Part shown: piece after piece, positions 22,384 through 33,998 of the stretch
Layout of the letters: the number at the start of each line of letters is the position of its first letter
Numbering within the stretch: the stretch's first letter is position 1
Source of the DNA: Catajapyx aquilonaris
Lineage: Eukaryota
NCBI GenBank assembly: GCA_000934665.2
Contig: KZ537981.1
Coordinates: forward strand, 62,001-126,000
DNA length: 64,000 nt
Reading direction: 5' to 3'
Notes under the pieces: generated by a model
What the model was told of the DNA's origin: nothing
Databases searched by the model: none
Seen by the model: only the letters and a program-made list of their open reading frames with translations
Translations under genes and position numbers: made by a program

Positions 22384-23227
22384 CTGTGTCGACGATGACG
22401 TCGATGAGGTCCATGCTCTTGGCGAAGGCGTCCCTGAGGTTGATGTGGTGGAAGGAGACGATGGAGCCTTCCCTCTTGGCCCTCTCTAAGGCCTCCCGCC
22501 TCTTGAGCGCCTTCTCCTTCCTCATCTGGTTCTTGTAGAACTCGGCAAAGTTGTTGACAATGATAGGGATAGGCAGCGCAATGACCAACACCCCGCAGAT
22601 GCAACAGACACTCCCGATCACCTTCCCCAGAGGGGTCTCGGGGCAGATGTCCCCATATCCCACCGTGGTCATAGTGATGACCGCCCACCAGAAGGTCTCG
22701 GGGATGCTCATGAACTTGCTGCCCGGCTCCTCCTTCTCCGCAAAATAGGCCAGGCTGGAGAAGATGAGCACCCCCATGGCCAGGAAGAGCATGAGCAGGC
22801 CCAGCTCTTTGTACGAGTTGCGCAGGGTGAAGCCCAGCGACTGCAGGCCGGTCGAGTGCCGAGCCAGTTTCAGGATTCGGAGGATCCGCATGATCCGGAA
22901 GACCTGCACCACCCGGCGCACGTCTTGGAACTGGTCTGTGTGCTTGTTGGACTCGATCAGGAAAAGGGACACAAAGTAAGGGAGGATGGCCAGGAGGTCG
23001 ATCACGTTCAGCGACCCTTTGAAGAACTTCCATTTGTTAGGGGACGCGCTGAATCTCAACAGGTACTCCAATGTGAACCACGTGATGCACACAGCCTCCA
23101 CCATACCCAAATTGTGGTTGTCCATCTGGTTTCCGTGGATGTCCGTCTCCTGGAGGCTCGGGATCGTGTTCAAGGTCAGAGCAATCGTCGACAGCACTAT
23201 GAACAGGATGGATATCACAGCCACCAC
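22384..23227 (-). CDS. Shab: Shab/Kv2 coding exon 3 (S1-S6, pore and proximal C-terminus)
   Basis: S4 [15 protein letters not shown], pore [16 protein letters not shown]6 [10 protein letters not shown], and [11 protein letters not shown]. Acceptor TTGCAG|GTG. Donor ACAG|GTCAGT, phase 1. Confidence 0.98.
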
Positions 23228-26200
23228 CTGCAATACACCAATTCCCCACGTTCTGCTCTTCATCTTCTTCCTATACTCATCCTCTTCAGTCAAAAACTCA
23301 CGATGATGGCCAAGGAGTTGTTGGGGTTGGGCCGGGTACGGGTTTGGGATATTGCGGTTTCTGACACGGCCACTGGTGGATTCATTCCGTAACCATCTGC
23401 TCTTACTGTACCGTACGTAACGGATATGTTCTGACGGGATATTGAACCAACATTACCTACCATCTCTATAATATTAAAATCCTTCTTATTCGTTTGCGTA
23501 AGGCTTCTGATTGGCCCGCCGTATTTGTTTACGCGACGCTTCCGATTGGCTCCCGTTCTGCGCCGGCGCAATGGGAGTAGGCAGCGCCTCTGGTGGCCGG
23601 GAAGAGGAACTAGTTTTTATTCAAAATCATGTAAAATTTAAACACTTTGTCACTGAACAATCATTCCGTGTCATTTAGTATGAAACATTATACTTCAGGA
23701 AAGAGTTCTATCTACCGGGCAAATGACCAGGAAGCGGCCCTTGTTTCCGTGCCAGGTGAATGGCACGTTAATTCCTGAATGGGCATAAATGATCAATGGA
23801 CTTCCAATCGGCACAATTCTATCTCCCTGCAGCTGGTGCCTGGAGGATGTACACCAGTCCCTAGTGAGGGGGGGTTCGATCGACTGCTGCACATGAACAA
23901 AATCAATCAATTTTCTAAAAGCCAGCCGAATCTCATTTTCAATTAAAAAGGGTGATCGACCCAGGAACTTGCTTTCAGACCTTCCCTTTTCGTCTGCTCT
24001 GGGTCACACAGAAAAGAAAGAAGGAAAAAAAACACACGCCATTTCTCGGGTTTCCTTCTTCAGGGGATTGGAAGCACTTATCTGCACACAATTCTCATTT
24101 CGCGTGATTCAAATTCATTCCCCGGAGGGAAGGTGATTCCCCCGACTTCAACCCAGGGTATCACATGTCGGTCACTTCGTTCCTACAGATTGTTACAGCT
24201 CCATTACCTTTGTTTAAACGGCGGCCATCCAGACAGCTCTTAAACTTCAAATGTAAAACTGAAGTTAAATATTACGGACTACATCTTTCTAACGGGGGCT
24301 TATACATGTGAATTCACGGATGATTCGAAGTAAAAACATGAGTTAACAGAGCATGAATCCACCAATGACAATGCAGGAATAACACCATAGAAACCACACA
24401 ATAATGGTCAGGTAAAGTGGAGGTTTTGTGCTCCTCTCGTGTGTAGTTAGCGCCTCGTTATGATAGGAAATGTCCTGGGTTGTGTTTCCACATGTGTTAT
24501 GTTTACTACGGCTTGCGGGGGGGAAAGGGTTACGTACAATATGCTATAGACGGATGCAGGACTGATGTAACTATAAAAGGATGGAGCCTATGGAGACGAA
24601 TCGCGACGGAAAAGAATAGTAGACAAGATGGTGGGAGGTATAGAAAAAAGATAGCCAAAAGCGAAGAATACGGAAGGAGATCGGGTGTCTGGCATCTATC
24701 GGAGGCATCGGATCACATGTTGGAAGAAGAATAGAGGAACAAAAAGAACACACTAACACATGATTTTTAGTTTGCTACGTGACCACACATGACACCTACA
24801 AGATGGCTCACTGCAGCGCTCCCATGATTGCCAATCCGGAAGAAAAAAAAAATCTTCCTGAACTTTACAGGCGCTGCAGTGGTGGAAAATATATTTTGAC
24901 TCCCATCTCTTTTCCTCTCGCTCTTGATGGGAACGTGGATGGAAAAGAGAGAGCGAAGAACAGTCAGAATCAAAAAAAAAAAGAGAAGGTGTGAAGATAT
25001 AGGACACACAGAAGAAAAAATAATAATTTTAAAAGACATGGTGAAAAGAGAGGGCAAGATGAACGAGCCGGATTGACTTTTGGTCCGGATGACGCCCAAC
25101 TTTCCTCTCTTTCTCACTCATCAAAAAGGATTGTTGGGTTCATAACCGTGACAATGGTTTGTTTCGTCTCGCGCACTTCCATCGGTCGAGTCGGAGGAAG
25201 GCGCGAGACGTGTCCCAGCAACAGAAACAATGGTGCCTTTTAATGTTGTCCACCATGGCGCTTTCCACTCGGCAAACAATGGCCACAATTTGCCTTACAC
25301 ATCAATTCAAAGCTAGACTAACCATTTTTCCAAACAAATGGCAAATGGTACTTGTAATGTAACGGGCCTGAGTCAGTACCAAGTCGGTACAGTTGGTACA
25401 ATCAGTCTGAATGAACTTAAGAGTGGAAGGCAACATGGCTTGGCGAACGTTAATATTCTCGGCTACCCCAACAGAATAGCAATGCCATGCTACATGCTTC
25501 ATGCTCATATACCAAGCACTTACATGCGGAGTCATGCCAGTACATGCACCCCCCTTTTAGCCGCATTAATACCCCCCCAGTGCAGTGTGCATATTTTTTT
25601 AAAACTTTTTATCTTCTTCAATAAAATATGGCGCGAAAAGAGCAATACAATGGTGTGTGTGTCTGTGTGCCGTGTTCTACTGTATATGTGAGCCACCGGT
25701 ACACAGGTGCGCGCGGTACACTTTGTGCTGAGAAAAGAGGTGCGATATGTTCCTCAACAAGAGCGACCCTGATTTTTTTTTTTTGTGTAGTCAGATTTCC
25801 CCAACCTCTTGTACCCCCACCCGTACCCCCCCGTACCCTTTGTAAGTGTCGTTACGAAGTCAAGCCTATCCCTGCACACATGTACTGCCTGTAGCCAATC
25901 CTCTACTTCCATACACGCCTCAGTGTCCGGTACAAAAGTCGTACCAGGAAACGATTTGCGACAAAAACGGGCAGCCAGTACACAACCAGTACGTGGTCAG
26001 TACACAACCAGTACAGTACGTGGTCGGTACAAAGCCAGTACACGACGTCCGTTACATATTAGTACTGGTGCCGATCTGAAACCCAGTACATTCTGGTAGA
26101 GGTTAGGTGCTACAGCGCCGTGGTCATGTGTACGGGGAAGGGCCGACGGGGTCATTTTGAGTACATCCCGGCAGGAGTGTGGTCGTCGCGGCTGCCCTTC

Positions 26201-27887
26201 CCTATCATTGGTCTCTTTCGACGGTTCGTGGCAAACGGCAAACAAGTCCAGACACCTCGGCCTGGTAGTACATACATGACAAACACTGGAGGTAGAGACA
26301 AGGGAAGAAAGGTGTGGGGTAAGTCATACGAACTCAACAACCATGGCCGAAAAGTGTCCTTTTGATTTGTTTCTCGAAGCCCGCCGTCTGTTTACACCTG
26401 TTTAAAATCCTTCAGATGCTTCATGTCATTTCATCCTGCAAGAGAACTGGTCTGCTGGGAAAGACAACTGTTATTTCGGTCACAAAAAGGACAGAGTTGA
26501 AGGGGACACAGACACACAGCAAAAAAGGAGGGGGACAGATCAGACAAGAAGATGGCCACCCCCGAGTGGACTACAGGGTGCTGCAAAAAAAAAACTTATA
26601 TTTATCCTCAATGGGTTTGGATAAGCCAAACAGTCACTTTGAAGCTGCAAAGCCCCTGCTGACAACTTTGCATCACCCTGTGGCGATAGAGCCCGAATCC
26701 ACCGGGGGGACATTGCATCTGCTCCGCGATAAAAAAAACGGCTCCTATCGGCTACTTTTCCCCCAAAAATGGAGGCTCCACCTTTTCTTACTTTTTTTTC
26801 CGCCCCAATATTTTCCAGCCACCGCCATGCACACAACAACAACAACAACCGGGTGGCCCCCATCCCCAGGAAAGCAGCTCAAAAAAAGCTCCCGAGGCGC
26901 TACAGTGACGATCACTGTATAGCACACAACTCTTATCGGAATATTTCGCCCCAACAAAAAGCTCATGCTCACCTTTTTCCAAGCGATCCTTTTAAAAAAG
27001 TGTTCCCCCAAAAAAGCAACTTTGTTACTCTTTTTTTTTGTTTTGTAGGTAATACAGCACACAACCGGTGCCATGCGCTGGCTATATATTATACCACCTG
27101 TAACCCTAACCGTCATTATATGGCCGCAGAGTGGTTGGTCACCAAGTTCAGAGTTGTCAACTTCGCAGTACTTGAAATTTTTTTTATCGAGGGTCATTAA
27201 TCACCATTTTGCGACAACCTGTGACAAACCCCCCGACCTTGGTACACCACACGTTCCACTCGAGCTATTAACTTTCCCGCCTCTATATACAGAAAGGACA
27301 TCTTGACAGGTAATATCATCCGTGTAAAGTAAGTGTATACCCATCATATGTTCTGTCTGAAGTTTTCTGTTCCCGGAGTGTCATGCAAACTGGTTAGTTA
27401 CACCACCAGCAGGTGAAATGACACGTATAGCATGCAGCCACGCTGCTCTTGACGACCACGCCAAGATACCTCTTTACTGAAGAGAGTTTTTTTTTATGTC
27501 GTCAGTTACCAAAAAAAGGGGGGCTTTGGTAGTGGGGGAGGGAGTACGAAAAGAATTTATTGGCAAAGACCTTTTCCTTTTTGGACAGGGGTCTGCTGCA
27601 TGAGCAATAAAGGTTGGTGCCGGGCCAACACAATCTTGCGGAAAGTAATCCCGTGAATAATTGAAGGGGAAAAGAAGGCGGTATATCTGCAGTTACAGCT
27701 CCTGTTCTATATCTCTCCCCTGTGGGTTTCAGGGGGAGGAAAGGAAGGAAGAAAATTGATTACGTGTTGTCCCTCCCATCTTTTTTTTTTTTTTAAATGT
27801 CCGGATACGCTTGGATCACTGTTGCCCAAACCAAATTGGGAGAAACCGTATCGTTGGACGGATTTTTTGGTGACACTAGTGACTCAC

Positions 27888-28362
27888 CCGTGCTGCGATG
27901 GAGGTGGTGGGTTTCTCGAGCAGGTCCCAGAGGAACTTTTGGTAGTGCGTGCACTTCCCTTCGCCAAAGTCCTCCTCGTCCCTCTGCCTTAATGACTCGG
28001 CTTCCTTCCTCATCTCCTCGTGCACGTGCTCCTTCCTCTGGTGGTACTTGTGCTGGCAGCAGGACTCGAGGTACAGCTCGTCCACGCCCCAGTACTCCAG
28101 GTCGTCGCTGAAGGCCAGCACGCACATCTCGTCCACCAGGTGGAGCTTCCCGGTGCGGTAGAAGTTGAGGATCGAGCTGAACGACTTTGGATGCCGGTCG
28201 AAGAAGTATTCGTTCTCTATGAGCGAGTAGTCGTCGCACAGCTCCATGATGGCCTCGTGGGTGTTGCACTCTCGAAGTCGGCCCAGTCGCGTGTGGGGAA
28301 GCCTCTCCAGGGTCCTCCACAGAACCTCATGCTTCGTTCCACCAACGTTGATGCTCACACGC
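27888..28362 (-). CDS. Shab: Shab/Kv2 coding exon 2 (T1/BTB tetramerisation domain)
   Basis: [27 protein letters not shown]...ELCDDY...FFDRHP, with the Kv2 CDD motif and the HX5CX20CC Zn motif. Acceptor ATATAG|G completes the phase-2 Arg codon. Donor CGG|GTGAGT, phase 0. Confidence 0.98.
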
Positions 28363-29572
28363 CTATATATTCGCACACACGCACAAAATCACACACACGT
28401 CACCGTGGATCAGAAAAAAGAACGAGCGCGCTCACACTCCATCTCTCTCCCCCCCGCCGCCGTTTAACCCACGACCCTCACCCTGGATGATGCATGCTTC
28501 GCAGCACCCTTGCACCTGCGCCCAAATATTCCTCGTGACGACGACCCATGGACACACTGGATTCTGGTTAGGAGAACCTGGACAGCATTGTCTTACAACC
28601 TGACGAAACCCTTCCCAATAATAACTGCTACAGCTCAGCTTCTCACAAGCCCGTGAAAATGCTTGTGGTGCAGCTAATAACAATAATGTCCTGCAGCATT
28701 GTAACGGGAAGGAATGCGCAGTATACAGGGTCCCTAAACTGTTATTAGTTGACGTCACGGTGCAGCTACTGCGGCGGATACAGCTTAAACCGGCTCAGAT
28801 CCCCCTCTCAGTTCGCATGGTAATTGCGCCTTTAAGCTGCGATTTGCATACGTTCAGAGGGACCGGCTTAAATCCTACTCTTCAGCTCGTCAGCCGCTAT
28901 GCTTTTGGTATATCATTAAGCACTCTTCTGGATACTTGCCCATAAACACGCCTCGGATTCACAAAAGGTCTATAGTCTATGACCGACCGAATATCCTGAT
29001 GCCCCCTTCCCTATCAGCGTTATCAGAAATTATTTACAAATAGAAGTCAGATCCTGCTACTGTTTCTAAAACTAGGACCTGCACCAGCAAAGAGCCAATA
29101 GCCACAAAGCAGTAACAGTTGCCCACCGCTCTAAGCCAACACTGCCGTAACATGGAAAAACGTCGCATCTGCACGTAGCCGCAGATGCGGCGTTTTTCCT
29201 TATTAAGGCAGAACAGCGCTTAGGCCCAGCTATTATCTGCCAAGTAGCAGGTTAGGTTAGGTCAGGTTAGGATTAAGAGGGACCGTGGGCCAATCAGACG
29301 CTGCCATCGAGAAGGAGGAGCTTGCGGTGCACCAATGAGTGGCGTCATTACGAGGCATACTGCGCAAGTGCAAGGTTGAAACTGGGACCGCGTGCTTAAT
29401 TTAAGCAGATTAAATTAATTACTATTATGCACATAATTATTATAAAGAGGGGGGTGTGTTTGCTGACCGTGTATGTGCGAAGGGTGGGGTTGGGGGGAGA
29501 GAGAGACGGGTGTGGTCAGTGGTAGATAAGCTACATAAATCCGGGGAGAAATGATGCGCGCGCGCGGGCTAC

Positions 29573-30003
29573 CTGTTGAGGGCCTTGCTGCGCATGATCA
29601 TGAAGGGCTCTGGCGGAAGGGAGCTGATAGAGCGCGAGTGGGCCCTTTGCATGGGGGCCCCCGCCACTGGGATATAGTACCCGGAGGCCTCGGCCAGCTG
29701 GGCCACCAGCAGTCTCCTCTCCGCATCCTCCTCCTGTTGCTGTTGCTGCACCTCCATCATGCCCATCCCGCCCCCGCCCCCACCGACGCCGCCTCCCAGA
29801 GACGACATGGGCCTCTCCAGGGGCTCCAGGGCCCCCCACTTGACTCCAGGGGGCCCGCCGCCCTCCCCGCCCCCCACACCGCCCTGGTAGGCCGGAGGTG
29901 GGGGCATAGTGAAGGCCTGGTGCTGCTGGGGGCCTCCTCCGGCGGGGGCGCCTCCGCCCCCGCCCCCTCCGGCCCCCTCCTCGCCCCCCTGATCGCCCAC
30001 CAT
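29573..30003 (-). CDS. Shab: Shab/Kv2 K+ channel, coding exon 1 (low-complexity Gly/Gln N-terminus)
   Basis: ORF MVGDQGG...QRAHSRSISSLPPEPFMIMRSKALNR resembles the insect Shab pre-T1 segment (QRTHSRSMSSIPPPEPFMI). Donor AACAG|GTAGCC, phase 2. Upstream acceptor TTTTCCAG| puts the exon start at 30064, leaving 61 nt of 5'UTR. Confidence 0.9.
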
Positions 30004-32872
30004 CGCCCCCGCCTCCTCCTCGACGGATCACCACATCTCAGCACAACCCATCTCGCCTCGCTGCCTGGAAAACAACGAAACAAAGATCAGCAACACCATC
30101 ACCGAGGATCATCAGAGGTTAAACAGAGGATGATATCAAGGAGAGAAATGAGCGCATAAAACTTGCGATATGTGCACTTGGATGGACCCTATAATGCGTT
30201 CAAATATGAGTCCGCGTGCCTGCGTGTCCTGAATATAATTTTTCCTTTCCACGAGATGAAATGGCCCAAAATTAGTGGGTTGAAAACGCCCCATTCTGCG
30301 GCAGGCGTAGTGATAACGAGTCAATTATTCTGGCGACGCCTTCCGACGCCAAACGGTCCGCTTTATTATAAACGGTGTTCATCTCGGGAAGGGGTCAAAC
30401 CTTTAGAAAAGGTTACATGCCCGCAAGTGGGACAGTCACGTCCACGCAGGACACTTCCATCGCTTTTATGAGTTACATCCTGTGAAGGTTAGACAAAGTG
30501 TAAGGCTCCCTGCGAAGAGTGGTCATGCAGAGAGAGAGCTTGGTCAGGTTTGTGATCAAGCATTGTGGAAGTGCAAAGAGCTTGATCCTGACAAATCCTC
30601 TCCCGGCAGGATTCTGTGAGGGGGACCACTTGCCAGACAAATCCTTTCTTCCCTCCAACCATCCCTCCTTCCCACACCAGTATAATCCACTCAATCGCTA
30701 TAGGAGTCTGGACACTCTCCAGAAGCGCGACTTGCTCGGACTTGAACCAAGGTCCGATCGAGATCGAGACGTGGCTCGGACGCGTCTCAAATAAGAAGAA
30801 AAATAGACGACGAATATGTGCCACTGGGGACCGCGTCTCGACCGCGTCTAAAACAACTTATGGCATAAAAATTCATTACCTTCGTTTCTGGACTCTGCTA
30901 ACTAGCTGTTAATTTTGGTCATTATTGTAAAAATCCTGGTCCGATTTGGCAACCCTGCAGAAAACACAGCAGAGCAACAGAGTTATGCTTTCAAATTGGA
31001 TCACTGCAGATCCGATTCCCAGATGTTATAGCCTTGGCTCCATTTCTAGATGTGTATCGGAGCAGCCCCGAATTTTGGCACAAATCCTTCCTACTCCTCC
31101 TCCTTCCCTTCCCTCCCACTGCGGACACCCACGTGACATCCGAACACGTGGCCCCGCATTACGCACAAGTGCGTGCAAGGTCAAGGTCGCATTATGGTCA
31201 CGCACATGCTGGAAAGATCTTGGGCTAAAGGCCCAACATCTGAACGTCAGATTAGACACAACTGAGTTTGTAGACATCGTTTTATAAACTGCAGTTAGCT
31301 AACTGTTGGAAGAAACCGGGCCTGGCACGCCCTGGAAGTGTCACACTGCCGAAAAGTTAGTGACACGCACACGGTGCGTGACTAGCCTCCGCACCCAAAC
31401 GTGACAACAGACCGCTAATTGAATGCTTCAGACGCGTTTTATCCATTCAATTACCACCCAGCTATTTCCCAAGGTTGCTGGAGTCGTAAACTTACTCCTG
31501 AAGTATGAAATTCGCAGCATCTAACTCGAGGCGTTTATAAGTTAGACAACCTCTTTGAATTCCAGTCTATAAGCTTGCTCTGGATTCCTGCTGGCCTGAA
31601 AGATGCGCTTACGAGAGCACAAGAATGGAGACGCATCATTTGCGCGTAACTTTCCAACTTACAAGACCTCGTTATGTAAGCTATACACCATAGCTCTCAA
31701 ATCACATCGACTGTGAAGTTTAGTAACGAACCGCATCGTTTGTCTAACCATGGCACCGATCATCATTAACAACCTGAATTTCCTGAAAATTTTGTCTACT
31801 AAACATCGCAAATAATGTCCAAACATCGACATGTGTGCCCCATGTTGTCACATGCTATTTTCGGCCCCGAAATAGTAGTCGCGAAAAGTAGCAGCGACTT
31901 TCACCTGTTTTCAGGCTCCAGTAACTATTCCACTGAAATACATACTAGGGCAGATCATTATTGGCTGCTGAGTCCAGTGAAATTCGGCAGTCGCGTAACT
32001 CCCTCTGGGATTGACTACAAAAGGAGCAATATGGAAGTAATTGGAGCGTATTATCTGCTAAAAGCGGATCGAGAGGGGAGCTCATTTCGGTCTTGAAATC
32101 GTCTTATTTTCTCCGTCCATCCATCCATGAACATGCAGACGGAGCTGGATTGATAGACAAGGCTTCCAAACTCCTGGAAACCATTCCTCTTCGACGTAAT
32201 AGTCGCAGTTACAGTATTTATTAGCGCTCTTCAATTTGGGCTAACACTTTGCGGATACATCCTACGACACTCCCATGGCAACATACATTTGAAATTGAAC
32301 AGACCTGTACTGTACATCCCTGCATCGACATATAGGCCTGTAGTGCATACCTGAGCAAATTGAATGCATAGTTGAGTAAGTGAGATGCAAGTTGCATGGT
32401 CTTGAGGGATATATAGGTCGAGTATTGGGTGGAAATGAGAGCAAAGGTTTTCCAGATGAAGTAATTCATGCATGGAGAGCAGCCGGCAGGAAGAGAACTC
32501 GACTAGTGCAAGTTTGAATGGTGGTTGGAAGACTCGAGGTTGGCCATGCAGGAAGGCATAGGAGGCTATAGACGGCGCCAACCCTCCGGACAGATCAAAG
32601 TTTGCCCCCCCCCCTCCCCCCTCCACCACACCACCCCCCACCACCCCTGAAAAAGAACAAGGGCGCTGGCCAACAACCAGAAAGGAGTCTGCTCCGGTCC
32701 AGAGAACTACATCTAGGGGGTCTATGGGACGAGGGGAGGGAGAAACACACTTGTGCTGACAGCCCCAGAGCTCAACTTTGGGGGACTGACACGCTCTCAA
32801 CTCATGTGATAAGGAGCAGTCGAGCTGCCCAATGGCTATAACTGACCCACTGCAGTTTTTTATGTGGTAGCT

Positions 32873-33368
32873 GAACGCGCCCTGGTATAGTCACAACACT
32901 CTGAACGCACCCTACTGGAGTCAAGACAGTCTGAACCCACTCTGGTATACTCACGAGTCACGACAGTCTGAACGCACCCTAGTAAAGTCACAACAGTCTG
33001 AACGCACCATGGAATAGTCACGACAGTCTGAACACACCTTAGTAGTCACGACAGTCTGAACGCACCCTAGTAAAGTCACAACAGTCTGAACGCACGTGAG
33101 TAGTCACAACAGTCTGAACGCACTCTGGTATACTCACGAGTCACGACAGTCTGAACGCACCCTAGTAAAGTCACGACAGTCTGAACGCACCCTAGTAAAG
33201 TCACAACAGTCTGAACGCACCATGGAATAGTCACGACAGTCTGAACACACCCTAGTAAAGTCACAACAGTCTGAACGCACCATGAAATAGTCACGACAAT
33301 CTGAACGCACGTGAGTAGTCACAACAGTCTGAACGCACTCTGGTATACTCAAGACAGTCTGAATGCGC
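32873..33368. repeat. Minisatellite of about 30 bp (CACGACAGTCTGAACGCACCCTAGTAAAGT)
   Basis: About 16 copies of the CAGTCTGAACGCAC core at 28-37 bp spacing, with a few recurring variant linkers. Confidence 0.92.
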
Positions 33369-33882
33369 CCACTGCTCTAAACTGTCTTGGCCGCCATTTG
33401 TTCTAACAAAACGCAACCAGGCGGCGGGGCGTGGACGAGAGACTACTGAAAGGGCCAGGCATGAAACACAGAGGAAGAGAGAGTCTGTGTGCATTGAAGT
33501 GACAAAGCAGTGGCAATTAGAGTAGGAGGATCCGCGTGGTTGACCGCGATCCAAAGCGGCGCGGCGCGGCGGTGGTGCTGGGATCAACGCGGAATCAACC
33601 TCAATCCAAGAGCCTTTCCTATTTGGGGCAAAAAGGACGCGTATTTCAACCAATATTTTTTTCCACAGTCAGACGCTTCGAAACAATATGCTGCCTTTAA
33701 AGTAGATAGTCCTTGAAAAGAATCCCCCCCCACTAGAACCTTGAAAAGGAAGAGAGTCCTCCAAAAGCATATTCAGTCTTCAACCGACCAGAAACCTCTC
33801 CGGAAAACCGTCGACATTTTCGAGAAGAGTAAACAAGTGCGTCCTCCTTTTTTTCTGACAGGGTCAGGAGGTCGGGGGGGGG

Positions 33883-33998
33883 NNNNNNNNNNNNNNNNNN
33901 NNNNNNNNNNNNNNNNNNNNNNNNNNNNNNNNNNNNNNNNNNNNNNNNNNNNNNNNNNNNNNNNNNNNNNNNNNNNNNNNNNNNNNNNNNNNNNNNNN
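33883..33998. other. Assembly gap (N run)
   Basis: N run flanked by poly-G. Confidence 0.99.

Noticed and set aside
32873..33368. CRISPR-like look: constant CAGTCTGAACGCAC core with variable linkers
   Set aside because: The linkers are short, related and recur in order. The context is eukaryotic with no cas genes, so this is a minisatellite.
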